Position numbers and translations under genes: made by a program | Shown: positions 46,118 through 58,900 of the stretch, one piece after another | Layout of the letters: each line of letters starts with the position of its first letter | Position numbering within the stretch: the stretch's first letter is position 1 | Notes under the pieces: model-generated | What the model was told of the DNA's origin: nothing | Seen by the model: the letters and a program-made list of their open reading frames with translations, nothing else | The model's database searches: none | Assembly: GCA_937916125.1 (NCBI GenBank) | Contig: CALGGE010000066.1 | Span: 27,908 to 91,907, forward strand | Direction of reading: 5' to 3' | DNA: 64,000 nucleotides | DNA from: an uncultured Elusimicrobia bacterium | Lineage (GTDB): Bacteria; Elusimicrobiota; Endomicrobiia; Endomicrobiales; Endomicrobiaceae

Positions 46118-46582
46118 CTATTTAATATCGGACGTACAATTGGGACACTTGGTAGCTTTAATATTAATCGTCGAAAAGCAATGAGGGCATTCCTTTGTTG
46201 TAGGAGCTGCAGGAGCCGGTGCCGGTTCTTCTTTCAATTTATTAATAACTTTAAGCAATGAAAATATTGTAAGAGCTACTATCAGGAAAGAAATTATGCT
46301 GTTAATAAAAAAACCTATATTTAATGTTACTGCACCTGCGGTTTTTGCGGCTTCAATTGAAGCATAAGGTGCCGCAGACTGTGCACCGTCTCTCAAAACG
46401 ATGAACCAGTTACTGAAATCAATATTACCCATTAAAATACCGATAGGCGGCATTATTATGTCCGCAACCAAAGAATTTACAATTTTTGTAAATGCAGCAC
46501 CGATAATGATACCAACCGCCATATCCATTACATTTCCTCTGGATATGAATTTTTTGAATTCACTAAAAAAACTTTTAATCAT
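46118..46582 (-). CDS. mscL: large-conductance mechanosensitive channel with a C-terminal zinc-ribbon extension
   Basis: 154 aa. The MscL core is [37 protein letters not shown]. The C-terminal tail is [24 protein letters not shown] (CxxC-x11-CxxC). Confidence 0.9.
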   Translation of the reverse strand: MIKSFFSEFKKFISRGNVMDMAVGIIIGAAFTKIVNSLVADIIMPPIGILMGNIDFSNWFIVLRDGAQSAAPYASIEAAKTAGAVTLNIGFFINSIISFLIVALTIFSLLKVINKLKEEPAPAPAAPTTKECPHCFSTINIKATKCPNCTSDIK

Positions 46583-46687
46583 TGTTTTTCTCCCTTTTTT
46601 CGTCTTTTGTTTTTATTTTTATCTGACCGCTTTATTAATCTCCGAAAAAAAACCGCTCTTACGAGTGGTTTTGCTTTCATTTTCATA

Positions 46688-46760
46688 CTGCCCGACCTGG
46701 GCTCGAACCAGGACTTTTCTGTTCCAGAGACAGACGTGTTACCAATTACACCATCGGGCA
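46688..46760 (-). tRNA. tRNA-Gln (anticodon CUG)
   Basis: Manual cloverleaf fold of 73 nt: TGCCCGA-TG-GTGT-AATTGGTA-ACAC-G-TCTGT-CTCTGGA-ACAGA-AAAGT-CCTGG-TTCGAGC-CCAGG-TCGGGCA-G. U1-A72 and G73 are typical of bacterial tRNA-Gln. Confidence 0.9.
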
Positions 46761-46780
46761 ATCAAATTTAACAATGCAAT

Positions 46781-46809
46781 ATTTTACAAAAACTAAAAAA
46801 AATTATCAA
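46781..46809 (-). promoter_or_regulatory. sigma70 promoter of tRNA-Gln (and probably mscL)
   Basis: The minus strand reads TTGATA (46804-46809), a 17-nt spacer, then TAAAAT (46781-46786). The tRNA starts 20 nt downstream. Confidence 0.55.
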
Positions 46810-46889
46810 GAGAAAAATTGCTGTATTGTCTTCAATAAAAATGTTGTATGCGAAAATAAGCAACAAAAGAAACAGTTTTTTTTACAAAC

Positions 46890-46930
46890 AAAAAAAGCTG
46901 TGAAGATTCCATTCCTCACAGCTTTTTTAT
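46890..46930 (-). terminator. intrinsic (bidirectional-looking) terminator downstream of the giant ORF
   Basis: AAAAAAAGCTGTGA-AGATTCCATTCC-TCACAGCTTTTTT: arms at 46897-46903 and 46916-46922, flanked by A and T runs. Confidence 0.65.
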
Positions 46931-46966
46931 TTTACATTTCACAACAAACCTTTTAACTTTTCAACT

Positions 46967-46985
46967 AAAAATCGTTTCACGATTT
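46967..46985. repeat. AAAATCG-loop-CGATTTT hairpin abutting the giant ORF stop codon
   Basis: AAAATCG-TTTCA-CGATTTT has the same arms as the hairpin at 38291-38313. It is preceded by a TTTTCAAC oligomer (46949-46965). Confidence 0.7.
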
Positions 46986-49900
46986 TTACGCCGATGCTGC
47001 AATTGCATGTATGTTCGAAAGCTTCATCAACGCCGTAGGCATACGATCTCTTGCTGCTCCTCTTCCGTCCGCCAACAACGCTCCCAAATCTTTCATAAAG
47101 TCTTCTTTTACATACGATATCTTCTCGGTTACCGCTTTCTGCAGTTTAACTACATCTATCTCAAATGTCTCGTCTTCGTATTCTTTCTTGCCTACAACGC
47201 TGTCTTTTATCGCCGTCGTTACTACATTCTGATTGACTGCCTTGCTTATTACAAGTTTGCTCATTATGTCTTCCGGTCTTGTGCTTGCACTGTCTAACAA
47301 CGCAATCATTCCGTTATCTTTATTCGCCATTATCAACATATCTCTTACTACCGATAATATCTCTATCGATGCCTGTATATCGCTGCCGCTCACATCTTCC
47401 ATCGCTAATATTTCGCCCGCTCTCTGCGTGTATGCTTGTACTATATCCTGAACATTCCCATTCTTTACTTCCTCTATATTATTGAACCCTATCGCCTGTG
47501 CCATCTCGTTTGAGGTCCCGTATATCGCAAGAACCGCTGCTACCGTATCTTTTATCTCCTGAGGTTTGGTTACTCCGTTTACTACCGTACTCAATATCTC
47601 TCTTACAGCCTTATTCGATTTACCTTTTACTTCTTTCCTGTCTGTTCCCAATGCTTCACAAACTGCATTTATTGAAGATGTTATAGGTGCTAATCCTTTG
47701 TTCCTTGCTGATGTTTCAGGTACCATCACTATCCCCTCAAATCCCATCGCTTTAAATTCTTCCGGTGTTACGGATACCGTCCTGATATCAAATGTTCCGG
47801 ATTCTTTATCAAGTTCGCTGTATGATATCGCGTCTTTACTTATACTTTCTATATTTACAACGTGGTCCGTTCCAAGCAATCCTATCATTCCTTTCTTCGG
47901 AACTTTTACTTCCGTTATCTCTTCCGCATATACGGCTTTGGCTCTCGGCATTACGCTACCGAGTTCCTGTAACAAATCTCCTATCGTTACATCTATTACG
48001 GAACTTGTTCCCGCTACTTTCAGCTCTTCTATTGCCGTCGTGTAATCACTACCAGCAATATCTGTTACGGAAGAATCTATTCTTGCCGCAATAAAGTCTG
48101 CTATAGCATCGGTATTAAAGCCCATCGACGCCATTACAACTACCGCACAGTTGGATACTGCCGCCTCTATCGTTTCATTGTCTATACTGCCTTTTACTCT
48201 ATCGCTGACTTTTGTCGCTATCTCCGTATACGGATTTACTGTCTCGGAAACTTCTGCCTTCTCCGCTTCCTGCCGTGCAGGCTGAACCGCCGGCTGTTTC
48301 TTGCCTATCGCAAAACCTTTCGTTTCTACTTTTCTCGTCTCTCTGTTGAACGTTAATCCAAACGTTATATCGTTACCGTCGGATGCCTTGGTAAGTGCCG
48401 CTTCTACCTGTTTATTCGCTTCCTCAAAGTTCGTTACAAGTTTCTGCAATTGTCCTTGTGCAGCAAACATTTCTCTGAATTTTATCCTGTCGCCAAACGT
48501 TATCTTTTCGCCTTTATTCGATTTCGCTACCAAATCATTATATGCCGCTTTCTTCTCTTCGCTCATTCCATCATATATCGCAGATATCTTGCCTTCCTGT
48601 TTGGAATAGTTATCGTTTATGTCTCTTACCGCTTTTATCAATTTATTTACGCTTACTTTAGGACTCTGTTCCTGTATCAGTTCAAGCCCTGCAAGAACGT
48701 CTCCGCTAAACACTCTCTGCACTCTTTCGTCACTTGTATCCGTTACCGCACCTGCTTTAAATTCATTACATGCTGCAACATATTTCATATAACTGTCATA
48801 CGCAAACCATGTATCTCTTGCCATCTGTTTCGTTTCGTCAGTCGCACTGTCTCTGTTTATCTCAAGTATCTTATTCATTACTCTGTCCGTCGCTTCTTCT
48901 CCTATCATTGTAGCCATCAATCCTCTCGCTTCCGCGTAAGTAGGTGCTATTATCTCCATCGCTCTCTGTTTCTGCGACCAGACTTTCTTTTCATTTACTA
49001 CCGCATTATTTGCTTTCTGTAATGTCGCCTCTTCATTGGATTCCATTACATCATTCAAATTGCTCAATATCATTCCAACACTGTATCCGTCATTCTTCTT
49101 TGCTGCTTCTCTTAATATCTTGTTCTCTCTTACCGAATCTACCGATGTTATCTGTACTATATCTCTGTTGAAGAATTCCGAACTGAATCTTGATTTTCCA
49201 TCTCTGTGGGCAAATCTTCCATTTCCCTGCTCTGACTGCGTTGCATCCATCTTCTCAAAGTTTACTTTCCACATCGTCGCCTGTACTTTCGCTTCCCCTT
49301 CTATACCCTGTTTCGCTTTCAAGTTGTTTACTGCTCCGCCCATATCGCCCGGGTTCCATCCTCTTCCAAGCAAGCTCACATCTCCTACTATAAACGATAC
49401 TTCTCCCTTCTTCATTACATTCTTTAATACTTCCTGCAACACTTTCGTCTTCGTATCTATATCTATTTCCCCGAGTTTATCTACACTGTAATCGGATACC
49501 CCGTTTGCTGCCATAACTTCCGCTACCTGTGCATACTGATATCTCTTTCTATCCGAAAGTTTCGTCAACTCTCTGTCAAGTAAGTCTAACGACAAACTTA
49601 CTATGTCTTCGGATGATATTCCGTTCTTCTCCAATCCCTCTACCAACTGTGTCGTTACATCAAAGTTGGCCGTCATTATCAAATCTACTCCCGCAGTCCC
49701 CTGTCTGTTCAACTTCTGTCTGGATGTCGCTATTACTTCCGCTATATCTCCCTGTGTCTGTGTTAATGCCGTCGTTACTCCTACCTTCATACTGTCGGGC
49801 ATACTACCGCCTATCTCCTCATAATCCAAATCTTTTAACATTGTCCTTATTGATGCACTGAATGTCCCTGAGAAGCCTACCGACCAATCAAATGCCGCTA

Positions 49901-52900
49901 ACGCTTCTTTCGATGATATAAATGTCTCCAACGACGGTTTATTGATATTCTCACATCCTTCCATTAACTCTATAGTCCACATCCCCGGCATATTCAAATT
50001 CTTCATCGCTACTCCGTTATTGGTTATATATACCACCTTATCCTTTCCTTCGCCCTCAACTACATATGCCCCGGTCCCTACCGTCTCTTTCGCATTATAC
50101 AACGTCAACGCATCCATTCCGGTTACCAAGAACTCTCTTACTTCCGTCTTGGAATTGAATATGTCTCCGTATTGCTCATATATATCGTCTATTAATGTAT
50201 TTAGTGCCTTATCATACTGTTCCTGCGTTATTACGGGGGTCGCTATTTCTTCCTGCGCGTCTGCATCCTCTCCCGCATGTTTCGCTTTTACTTCTTTTAC
50301 AGACTCCCTTACATTACGTATCATATTGTCTCTGTAGCCTTCCTGCTCGTCTTCTGCCGCAACCGTCGTTATTATCGCTTCGTCTCCCTCTGATTCATTT
50401 ATCTTCCTTGTCCCCTTATCTCCTTCGCTAAATCTTGACATGTCTGCAATATCTATTTCTACATTATCTACCATAGCCGTCAGTTTGGTTCCCTCGCCCG
50501 TTAACCCTAACAGTCTCTGTCTTACTTCCAAGTTCCTTATTGATAAATACTGTTCTGTTACTATATCTTTTATCTGATGCTCGCTTAACCCTAATACCGC
50601 CATCGCCGCTTTTACCGTATCTCCCGAAAGAACCGTCGCCTGTATCGACTCGATATCTTTATTTTCTTCTGCTTCTTTGTATGCATCCGCTACCGCTGCA
50701 GATATCGCTCCATATGCTTCTCTTCTCTGCTCTATCTGCTGTCTGCCGCCCTTCTTGCCGAGTGCCTCTCTATCACCTTTGTATCTGTCTTCCGTTACTC
50801 CTAAATATGCATAGTCGGTTACCTCTATATTTGCTCCACTGAGCAATTTATCATAGTAGTCTACCATTCCATACTCTTTCGTATATTTCCCTGCTGCACT
50901 TGCTAATGCCGATGCCGGTATCGTTGCCGCATAGTCTAATTCGTCTCCTACCAATTGTGATATCCTGTCTATCGGCAAGTTTATTCTATCCAATCCTTGC
51001 CCTTTCTCTACCAACAATTTTATCGCCGCCGCACTGTCTTTGGCATCATTAAATTGTACTTTTACGGTCTTGGTCTTACCGTTACTTAATGTAGTTTGAT
51101 TAAGTTTTATTCCTGCTCCATCTAACAACTTCCTGTTATGTTCTACCTGATCTTTTATTTCCTGATTGGTCTCTTCCGCTCCGTATGATAACAAGCCTGC
51201 CATTGATTCCGAAAACAAACTTCCCCAACTGCTATACGTTCCGATTATTACTCCTGCACTGTCTAACTTTTCTCTCATCCCTTCTTTGTCTTCCGTGTTC
51301 GTTATCATCTCTACTTTCCCTAACGAATCTCCGAATACAAATTTAATATGATTATACAAATCTTCCGCATTTGAGTTCTCGTTCGTTAACCATGTTATAA
51401 ATTTGTTCTCCTTATTCTCTATGTTCGGATTTGCACTTAACAACAATACACTGAATAATCCGATTATCGATTTACCGCCTGCCGTCTGCAACTCTTGTGC
51501 GTATCCCGCCGATTTCTCTTTCCCCTCTCCGTCATTTTCTACCGTGGCTCGCAAAATGTCTCTGAACGCTTCTTTCTGCCCGTCTCTAAATCCTGACAAT
51601 GCAAGTACAGAGTATGGTACCTCTATATCCAAATTATATTTCTCCCTTATACCTTTTAATATCTCTCCTTCTTCATCTGTTATATCACCGTTAACAACAT
51701 CTATCAGTGTCTTATAATCTTCCTTCGCTTCTTCTTTGCCGCTTGCTACCATCACTCCCTCTACTGAACTCCTCATGTTGTCTCCAAGTATTGTCGCTAT
51801 CTCTTTGGCCGCTAAATTATATTTCAAATACTCCGCCATCTCTTTATCACTCATATTATCAATTTTCGCTAACTGTGCATCGGTTAAGAAGTATTCTGCC
51901 TCTACCGCATCCACTCTGCCGGATCTCTTATATTCTTTATTCTCCGCTCTTGCCGCAGCATATCCCGACAGATATTCTTCTACTACCGCTCTAATATCTT
52001 CTATCTTGTCTTCGCTAACATCATATTTCCCTGTTCTCAAATCGGAAATTATATCTTCAACACTTGCGGTAGGATTATCAATTTTCTCATCAACGCTCGT
52101 TCTTGTCGGCGTTGTCGATTTAGTAAGCATTGCATTAACTGCATCTGTTGCTTTATTGAGCCTATTTACTTGTTTTGGTATAGATTTATTAACTTTTCTT
52201 TGTTTTAATGCAGACACTAAATCCATTCCCGCGGCTATTAAATTACCTGCCGTACTTAATTGGATATCATCATCCTTTTTATTGACATTATCTTTATTCT
52301 CACTTAATTTATTTTGAAGAGCTACTATACCTGCCTTAGCTATATCTGCGACTACATTTACTGTCATAACTGCAAGAGCTTGTGGCAATGAAGTTTGAAC
52401 TTTCCAACTCGGAGCAGAACTGCCACCGGTATTAGCACCATAAGCAGCACCTACCAAACCAACTATAGGAGCTCTTAATAACATATACCCTGTAGTACCC
52501 TTCATAAAACTACCGAAATCTGATAATTTTTCTATCCCCTTTGCATGTGCTGCCGCAAATTGTTTTTCTTTTATTGAAAGTATTTCTTTTGCAGATAATG
52601 GTGTTGCATACAACTGTTCGCTCACAATAGTTTGCAGTTTATTAAATTCATTATATTGTTGGGCCAAACTCTCTGCCAAATCAACATTAATATTCGGCAT
52701 TGATGCTTGTATATTCTGAGCATTTACCTTACCTGTACTATCAACACCAAAAGTTTCAATCATTTTCATTATTACTGCATTAGGAACGGATGCACCAAGT
52801 TTTTCCATTGCAGAAACAACATTTTCATCATGGCGAGCATGCAAAATTTGTAATATTGTTTCCTTTCCGATTCCTGAAACATTTATTCCAAAAGAAGAAC

Positions 52901-55900
52901 TATAAGTATTGAAATCTATCAAATTATCCAATGAAACATTGTTGTTTAACAACCACTGTGCTATTTCGAATTTATCACCCGATGTCGCTCTATAAGTATC
53001 GGAAGCAGACCTACTTGAAGAAGTTTCCGTTACTATCGCAGGAGACAAATCCAAACCTAAAGTATCCCTAAGTAATAAATTTAATGCTTCGGCTAAATCA
53101 TCATCATCGTTGAGTTTGAGATAATAAGAAACCGACTGTTTAGCACTATTGGTTAAAACTCCACCTTCCAACAACATTCCATTATCTTGTAATCTTTGTT
53201 CTATATTTGAAATATCTTGACTACTTACACCATGTTCTGCTAATACAGCACCAAGTTCTGCCGTTGTCTTAGGCATATCCTTAAATTCTGTATCCATGCC
53301 ATAAGTTGCCATAACTCTATCACTATAACCAAACATTATCTCTGCTGCAGTCTGTAAACTATCAGCCGTAGTAATGAATCCTTCAGAAGAGCCTTGAGTT
53401 TGAGAAATACCATTCCATTGTTCATACAAAGCTTGAGCTTTTGCCCCTATTGCACTATCTGTTCCGAGTGTTGTTGCTATTCTTCTAAACGCATCTTTTG
53501 CCGTAGTTTCCAAGTTTCCTAATGCATCTCTCAACTGTTGCTCACCGCTAATAAGGTCTGTATTTGTACCTTCGATATTTAACCTTGAAGTTTGTTCCGC
53601 ATTCAATATATCCGATAATACATTATAAACAACTTGTCCTTCTTCCGTATTCATACCTGCTTCAACTATAAGGTTATTCAACTCTGCAGTTAAGAATTTA
53701 TCTTTTATGGTATCGACAAGTCCGAATACTAAAGATTGAGAAGCTTGATTATACAACATATATAATTTTGCCAATTGGAAATCACGAACATCAGCAGATA
53801 GTTTATCACTAATACTTCCGTCTGAATTAAATAAATTATTTAACAATCTTTGATCTTCCTGAGAAGGACTGGATTTTAATTGTTCATATATTCCTTTTGT
53901 GATAACTTCATTACCACTAATTTTTTCCATATAAGCAGATACTTCTGTCTGATTACCAAATACCGTTCTTGTGGCGGTTTCTCCGCTGTGTCTTGTGACT
54001 CTACCATAAACTTGAGTCAACAATGATGCCGACATCTGAGAACTGTCAACAAGTAAATCAAAATTACCTACATAATCAAGACCCATACCGGCTTTTTCAT
54101 TGCCGATTATTATCTTAGCATTTGCACCACTATCCTTTTCTCTGTTTATAATGTCATCTGTCTTTTCCGTATCGGTTTCTATATTTAATATTCTATAACG
54201 ATAATCCGTTCCATGCTCCGAGTCATATTTCGCTAATGCATCCCTTACCTGTTCTCTAACAGCAACATCCACAGAAATAATTACTTGGTTTCTTGCATTT
54301 TCACTATTTAAATTATTTATTATTCTATTAACTATATTATCAATTATTTGCTGTCTGTTTTCCGTCTGAACAAATAATACCTGATCGCCGGTAGCATTTT
54401 CCGTTACAACTTCAAAACGCTTTTCATCTCCATATTGTGCTATCTCCATACCAAATGAAGCAGCCATATCCTGGACATGAGATAACGTTCCCGACATACC
54501 GATATACTGTCCGTTACCAAAGAATAATCTGCTACCTGATGTTCCAAAATCAGTTTCACTTACTGAAACATTTTCTAAGGCTGCCTCATGATAATTTGTA
54601 TCTAAAACTTTTTCTACACTAAGATGTTGGTCTCTATTAAATATACCTTGTACTTCATTTGTCATTCTCGATGCAGCATATGCATAGGCCGCATCCTGGA
54701 ACACTCTTCCATTCTCCTTATTACCATTTGCAACAGGAACTATTTGATACGAGCCGTCTGCTTGTAATGCTAAAGCATAAGTATCTTTACCGTTTTGTTT
54801 TTCAAGTATTGCTTTAACACAAGAATCTATCCAAGTTCTGTTTATATTATTATCCCTAGCAAAAGCATCTAATTGTTCACTTAATTCGGTTGAAATACTT
54901 CCTTCTCCGGTATCTTGTGAAACTTTTATATCTCCGTTTCTTACAAGTTCTGCTGCTTTTGCATATGCAGTTAACAATCCGTCTGTCTGTTCTTTAGTCC
55001 ACTTATCCGTTATGTTATTTGCACCGTTGCTCAGTATAAACGATGTCTGGCTTTCCATAAACTTATGAACTTCATCTGCTATCGTTAATCTGTCAGTCTG
55101 AGCCTGGAAATCAGTTAAAATATTTTGTAATCTTGAATTACCTTGTGCAGCCTGCGAAGCAGCCGTTGTCCCCAAGAATCCCATCTGTTCGCCGGTCCAA
55201 ATTCTTAAACCGTCTTTATCATTCATGGCAGCTTCAAATTCTTCTACATTTACTCCCTGTTGTGCATTCTGTGCAAGTCTGTCCATATCATAAATATTAA
55301 CTTTTCCGCCGTTCTGATTGGCAAGTTGTATAAAGTCGCTTACGGATATTTCGTTCGCCTGTCCCGGATTCAAAGTTCCATTTAAATATTTCTGATATTC
55401 TTGAGCATTGGCAACAATTAAGTCCATATTTGTTTCGCCTCTTAAGCTTCTTGACAAAGCTACACCTGATGCTATTAAAGTTTTACCGAAACCGACACCG
55501 GCAAGCATTGCGATATTATTGCCTGTCATAGCATCGGTTATTGCTTGTTTTTGACCGGGTTTAAAGCCTAAAGATTGCGATCCGTCATCAGACATATAAA
55601 CTTTATTATCTTTTAATAATTGTTCTGCTTTATCAACAGAAGCTGCGGCATCAAATATATTTATCATTTCTTGTGTCAAATTAACATTCTGTAAATATTC
55701 ATAGGCACCAACAAAAACACTATCATTAAAGAAAGAACTTATTTCTCCAAAGTTGTTAAAGTTGTATTCTAAAACTCTATTCGTAACAAAACTTAAACCA
55801 TCATTTCCTGATACACTTTGAACAGCTGCTCGAACATCTCCTACAACTTTACTTGCAAGAGACACTCTCATATCAGCAGATTTAACTTTACCAAACAAAT

Positions 55901-58900
55901 CATTGATTTGAGCAGCTTTTGCTTGCTGTCTCGCAGCTTCCTGCTCAGCTTGAACTTCAGCAGTTGCTCCGGTATCCACTTTTCCATAACTATTGCTATC
56001 AAAGATATCATTTACATTTAATTTTGCCGTTTCTTGTGCTATCAATTCTGTCATAAATTTATCATCTTTATAAGTTTCCATTTGTGCATCAAGATAAAGC
56101 AATTTATCTTTTGTAGTTTCTTGATTGGTTAATTCATTTGTAATGTTGTTCATTTTCTGTGTGTTGGCAAGAACAACAGTCCCAAGTTCATGATACAAAG
56201 TCTCTGCTGCACCGGTCAAATTAACACCATTCTGAGACAAGACTTTCAAATTCAAGAATGTCGCAGATACATCACTATAACTTGAATTATTAATAGCCGA
56301 TGCAATATTTCCATTATTTGCAGAAATTACATTATTAATTCTATTAATAATATTCTGCGAAACATCGCCACCTTGTTTCGTTAATGTGTCCAAAGCCGCT
56401 AAGCTTGTAGCATTTGCAATAGAACCTAAACTTGCATTGTCGGCATTAGCCGTAAAATCGTTGAAATTAATTCTATTAATTACTTCACTAACGGTCGATG
56501 CAGTGAAAGGAATATTATTAGAAGCAACCTTATTATTTAAAATATTTCTGTTAACTATATTGTTCATACTTACTAATGCATTCCATGCATTTACGTCGCC
56601 ATTATTTATAGCTTGTGCCATGTTTGCAACACTAAATTTGCCATTGGCATCAGAGTATTGTCCTATCGTTGATAACAGTTGTACTTTTGCCGGAGTATTT
56701 AAGGAGACAGTATCACCGACAAAACGAGTCTTGAAGACATCCCATGTACTTAAATTTTGTTGTTGTGATAAACCATTATAAGCCGTAGCCGCACCATATA
56801 TCTGTTGAATACTCTTTACAAAATCTGCTGTTTGTGTATTTGCAGAAAAACCGGAACCCATCGCACCAATATATGCTAACATAATATTTTGAATATTCCC
56901 TGCATCAAAATTCATACCTGCTGTATTTGCGGAAAATGTTGCCATATTATTATTTAGCAATGTACTGAAAGACGTGGTATTTGTCATAGAGTAAACTTGA
57001 GCTATCGCACCAAGTGATGTCATAAAGTTTTGTAAAGATGATGTATCTGTTATATTGTCAGCAGAAAAAACAACATTTCCATTTTGAACAACATTGAACT
57101 TACCTGCATCAAATTGTACTTCCACACCATTAATGCCATTCATTGAAAGCATTCTGTTCATAGCATTCGTTGCAATTGAATTATTATTCTGAGAGTAACT
57201 TGTATTACTTACTGTCGTTGCATATGTTGTATTTGTATATACATTACCTACTCCGTCAGGAGACATAAACTCTACTAAAGATTCTGCAGCAGCATCACTT
57301 ACGCCTAATGGTTTTAGTATAAAACTCTTTATGGCACCTTCCTTAAACCATTCTTCAAAAGCACCTTCTCCTACTCTGCTTAGAGCTTTATAAATTCCGC
57401 TATTTTTGAATGACTCTAATACACTGTTTTTTGTAAAATTGGAAAGATTTTCTCCTAATTTTATAGTTCCTTCACCAAACGGAGTAGCACTAAAATTATC
57501 TTTTATGCTTGACAATTTTTTACCAAGTACAGAGCTTCCAAATCTTTCTCCTGCTCCGGAGAATAAACCTTTAACACCTTCAGCTAAACCTTCTGCCGTA
57601 GGCATACCTAAATACATTATCAAACCAAATCCTAAACTCTGTCCGGGATTAACAGCTAATAAATTTCCTTGTTTCCCGGTCTGTTGTATTTCGTTAAAAG
57701 CTCCTCCTAAGAAATTCGTTATTATATTTGAACCGAATGTGTTATATATCCATTTGTTTGCACCGTCACCAAGGAAATTGCCGGTAACAGAAGCTATTGC
57801 ATTCATACCGATATTTAATTCAAACATGGAATACATGTGGGCTGTCAGAGACTGTAATGTGGAACCCCATTGTGTTAAACCAAGTCCTCCTCCAAAAACC
57901 AAACTTTGTGCATGTCTTAAAGAACCTAATAAACCCGATTCTCCTTCGATTATTCCATTTTTCAAATAACCGGAATTCCCGATAAAACTGTTTCCTAAAT
58001 TTTCAAATTTATCAGACCAACTTAATGTTTCTGCAGTCGTTTTAACAGCCTTAGTCGCACTAACCTCTACAGCTTTTTCTATTGCATTTGTGGATAATCC
58101 GAAATTATCTAATGCAGAGTTTATATTATTAAGACCTTTTCCTTCCGCTGTTTTTAAGGCTTCTTGTAATTTATCAGATACTCCGTTCATACTCTTTGCA
58201 GCTAATGCTGCTTTTCTGACTGACGTCATTTCATCAAATACTTTTATTGCTGTTCTGGCAGAACTGAAACCTGTCGCCCCGGACTGCAATGCAAAAGACG
58301 TTGCCTTTGCTGCACTACCTATCTGCATCGGGAAGGCAATAGCAAGTCCGGTTGCTGCTAAATTCAACAAACCGCTAGGGACATCACCATTGCTAAAAGC
58401 ATAACTTGCATTCATTGCACCCTGACTTGCAAAGTATGCTGTTCCTAAAGCAGAGAGTGTCAATGAAATAGGATGTGATAGAGCCGTTGCCGCTGCCGTT
58501 CCTAAAACTGCACCTATACCGGCACTTGTTCCGCCCAAAGCAGGAACAAATGCTGCGGCACCCATACCACCGGTGGCAACAGTTACAGCTATTGCGGCAA
58601 TACCTGCCACACCAGCCCAACCGGCAGCTGTTCTATCTTGTTGTGTTATATTTACTACGTTTTTACTTGTTAACATTGTTGATGCTAATGTTAATGCTGC
58701 ATTGTCTGCTCCCCAACCATGCCATATACCTTCTACAGCTCCACCTATTGCCACAAATGTTCCGCCAATAGAATCCAACGTCCCGGCTATAAAATTCTTA
58801 TTTATGGTTAAATTAGATGCCTTAACATCTGTAGTTCCTTGCCAGAAACCAAAATCTAATTCATTATAATCACTACCATACCAAGTAGTTCCATTTTTAA

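Noticed and set aside
47007-52317. Dense stack of ~30 plus-strand ORFs (60-193 aa) antisense to the 3' third of the giant gene
   Set aside because: They are low-complexity S/L/P/F-rich translations with no starts or RBS of note. They appear because the coding strand is purine-rich, so its complement lacks stop codons. They are useful only as a marker of the compositional break.
58090-58870. Plus- and minus-strand small ORFs (75-104 aa) over the Gly/Ala-rich segment
   Set aside because: They are alternative-frame artefacts of GCx/GGx-rich coding sequence within the giant ORF.
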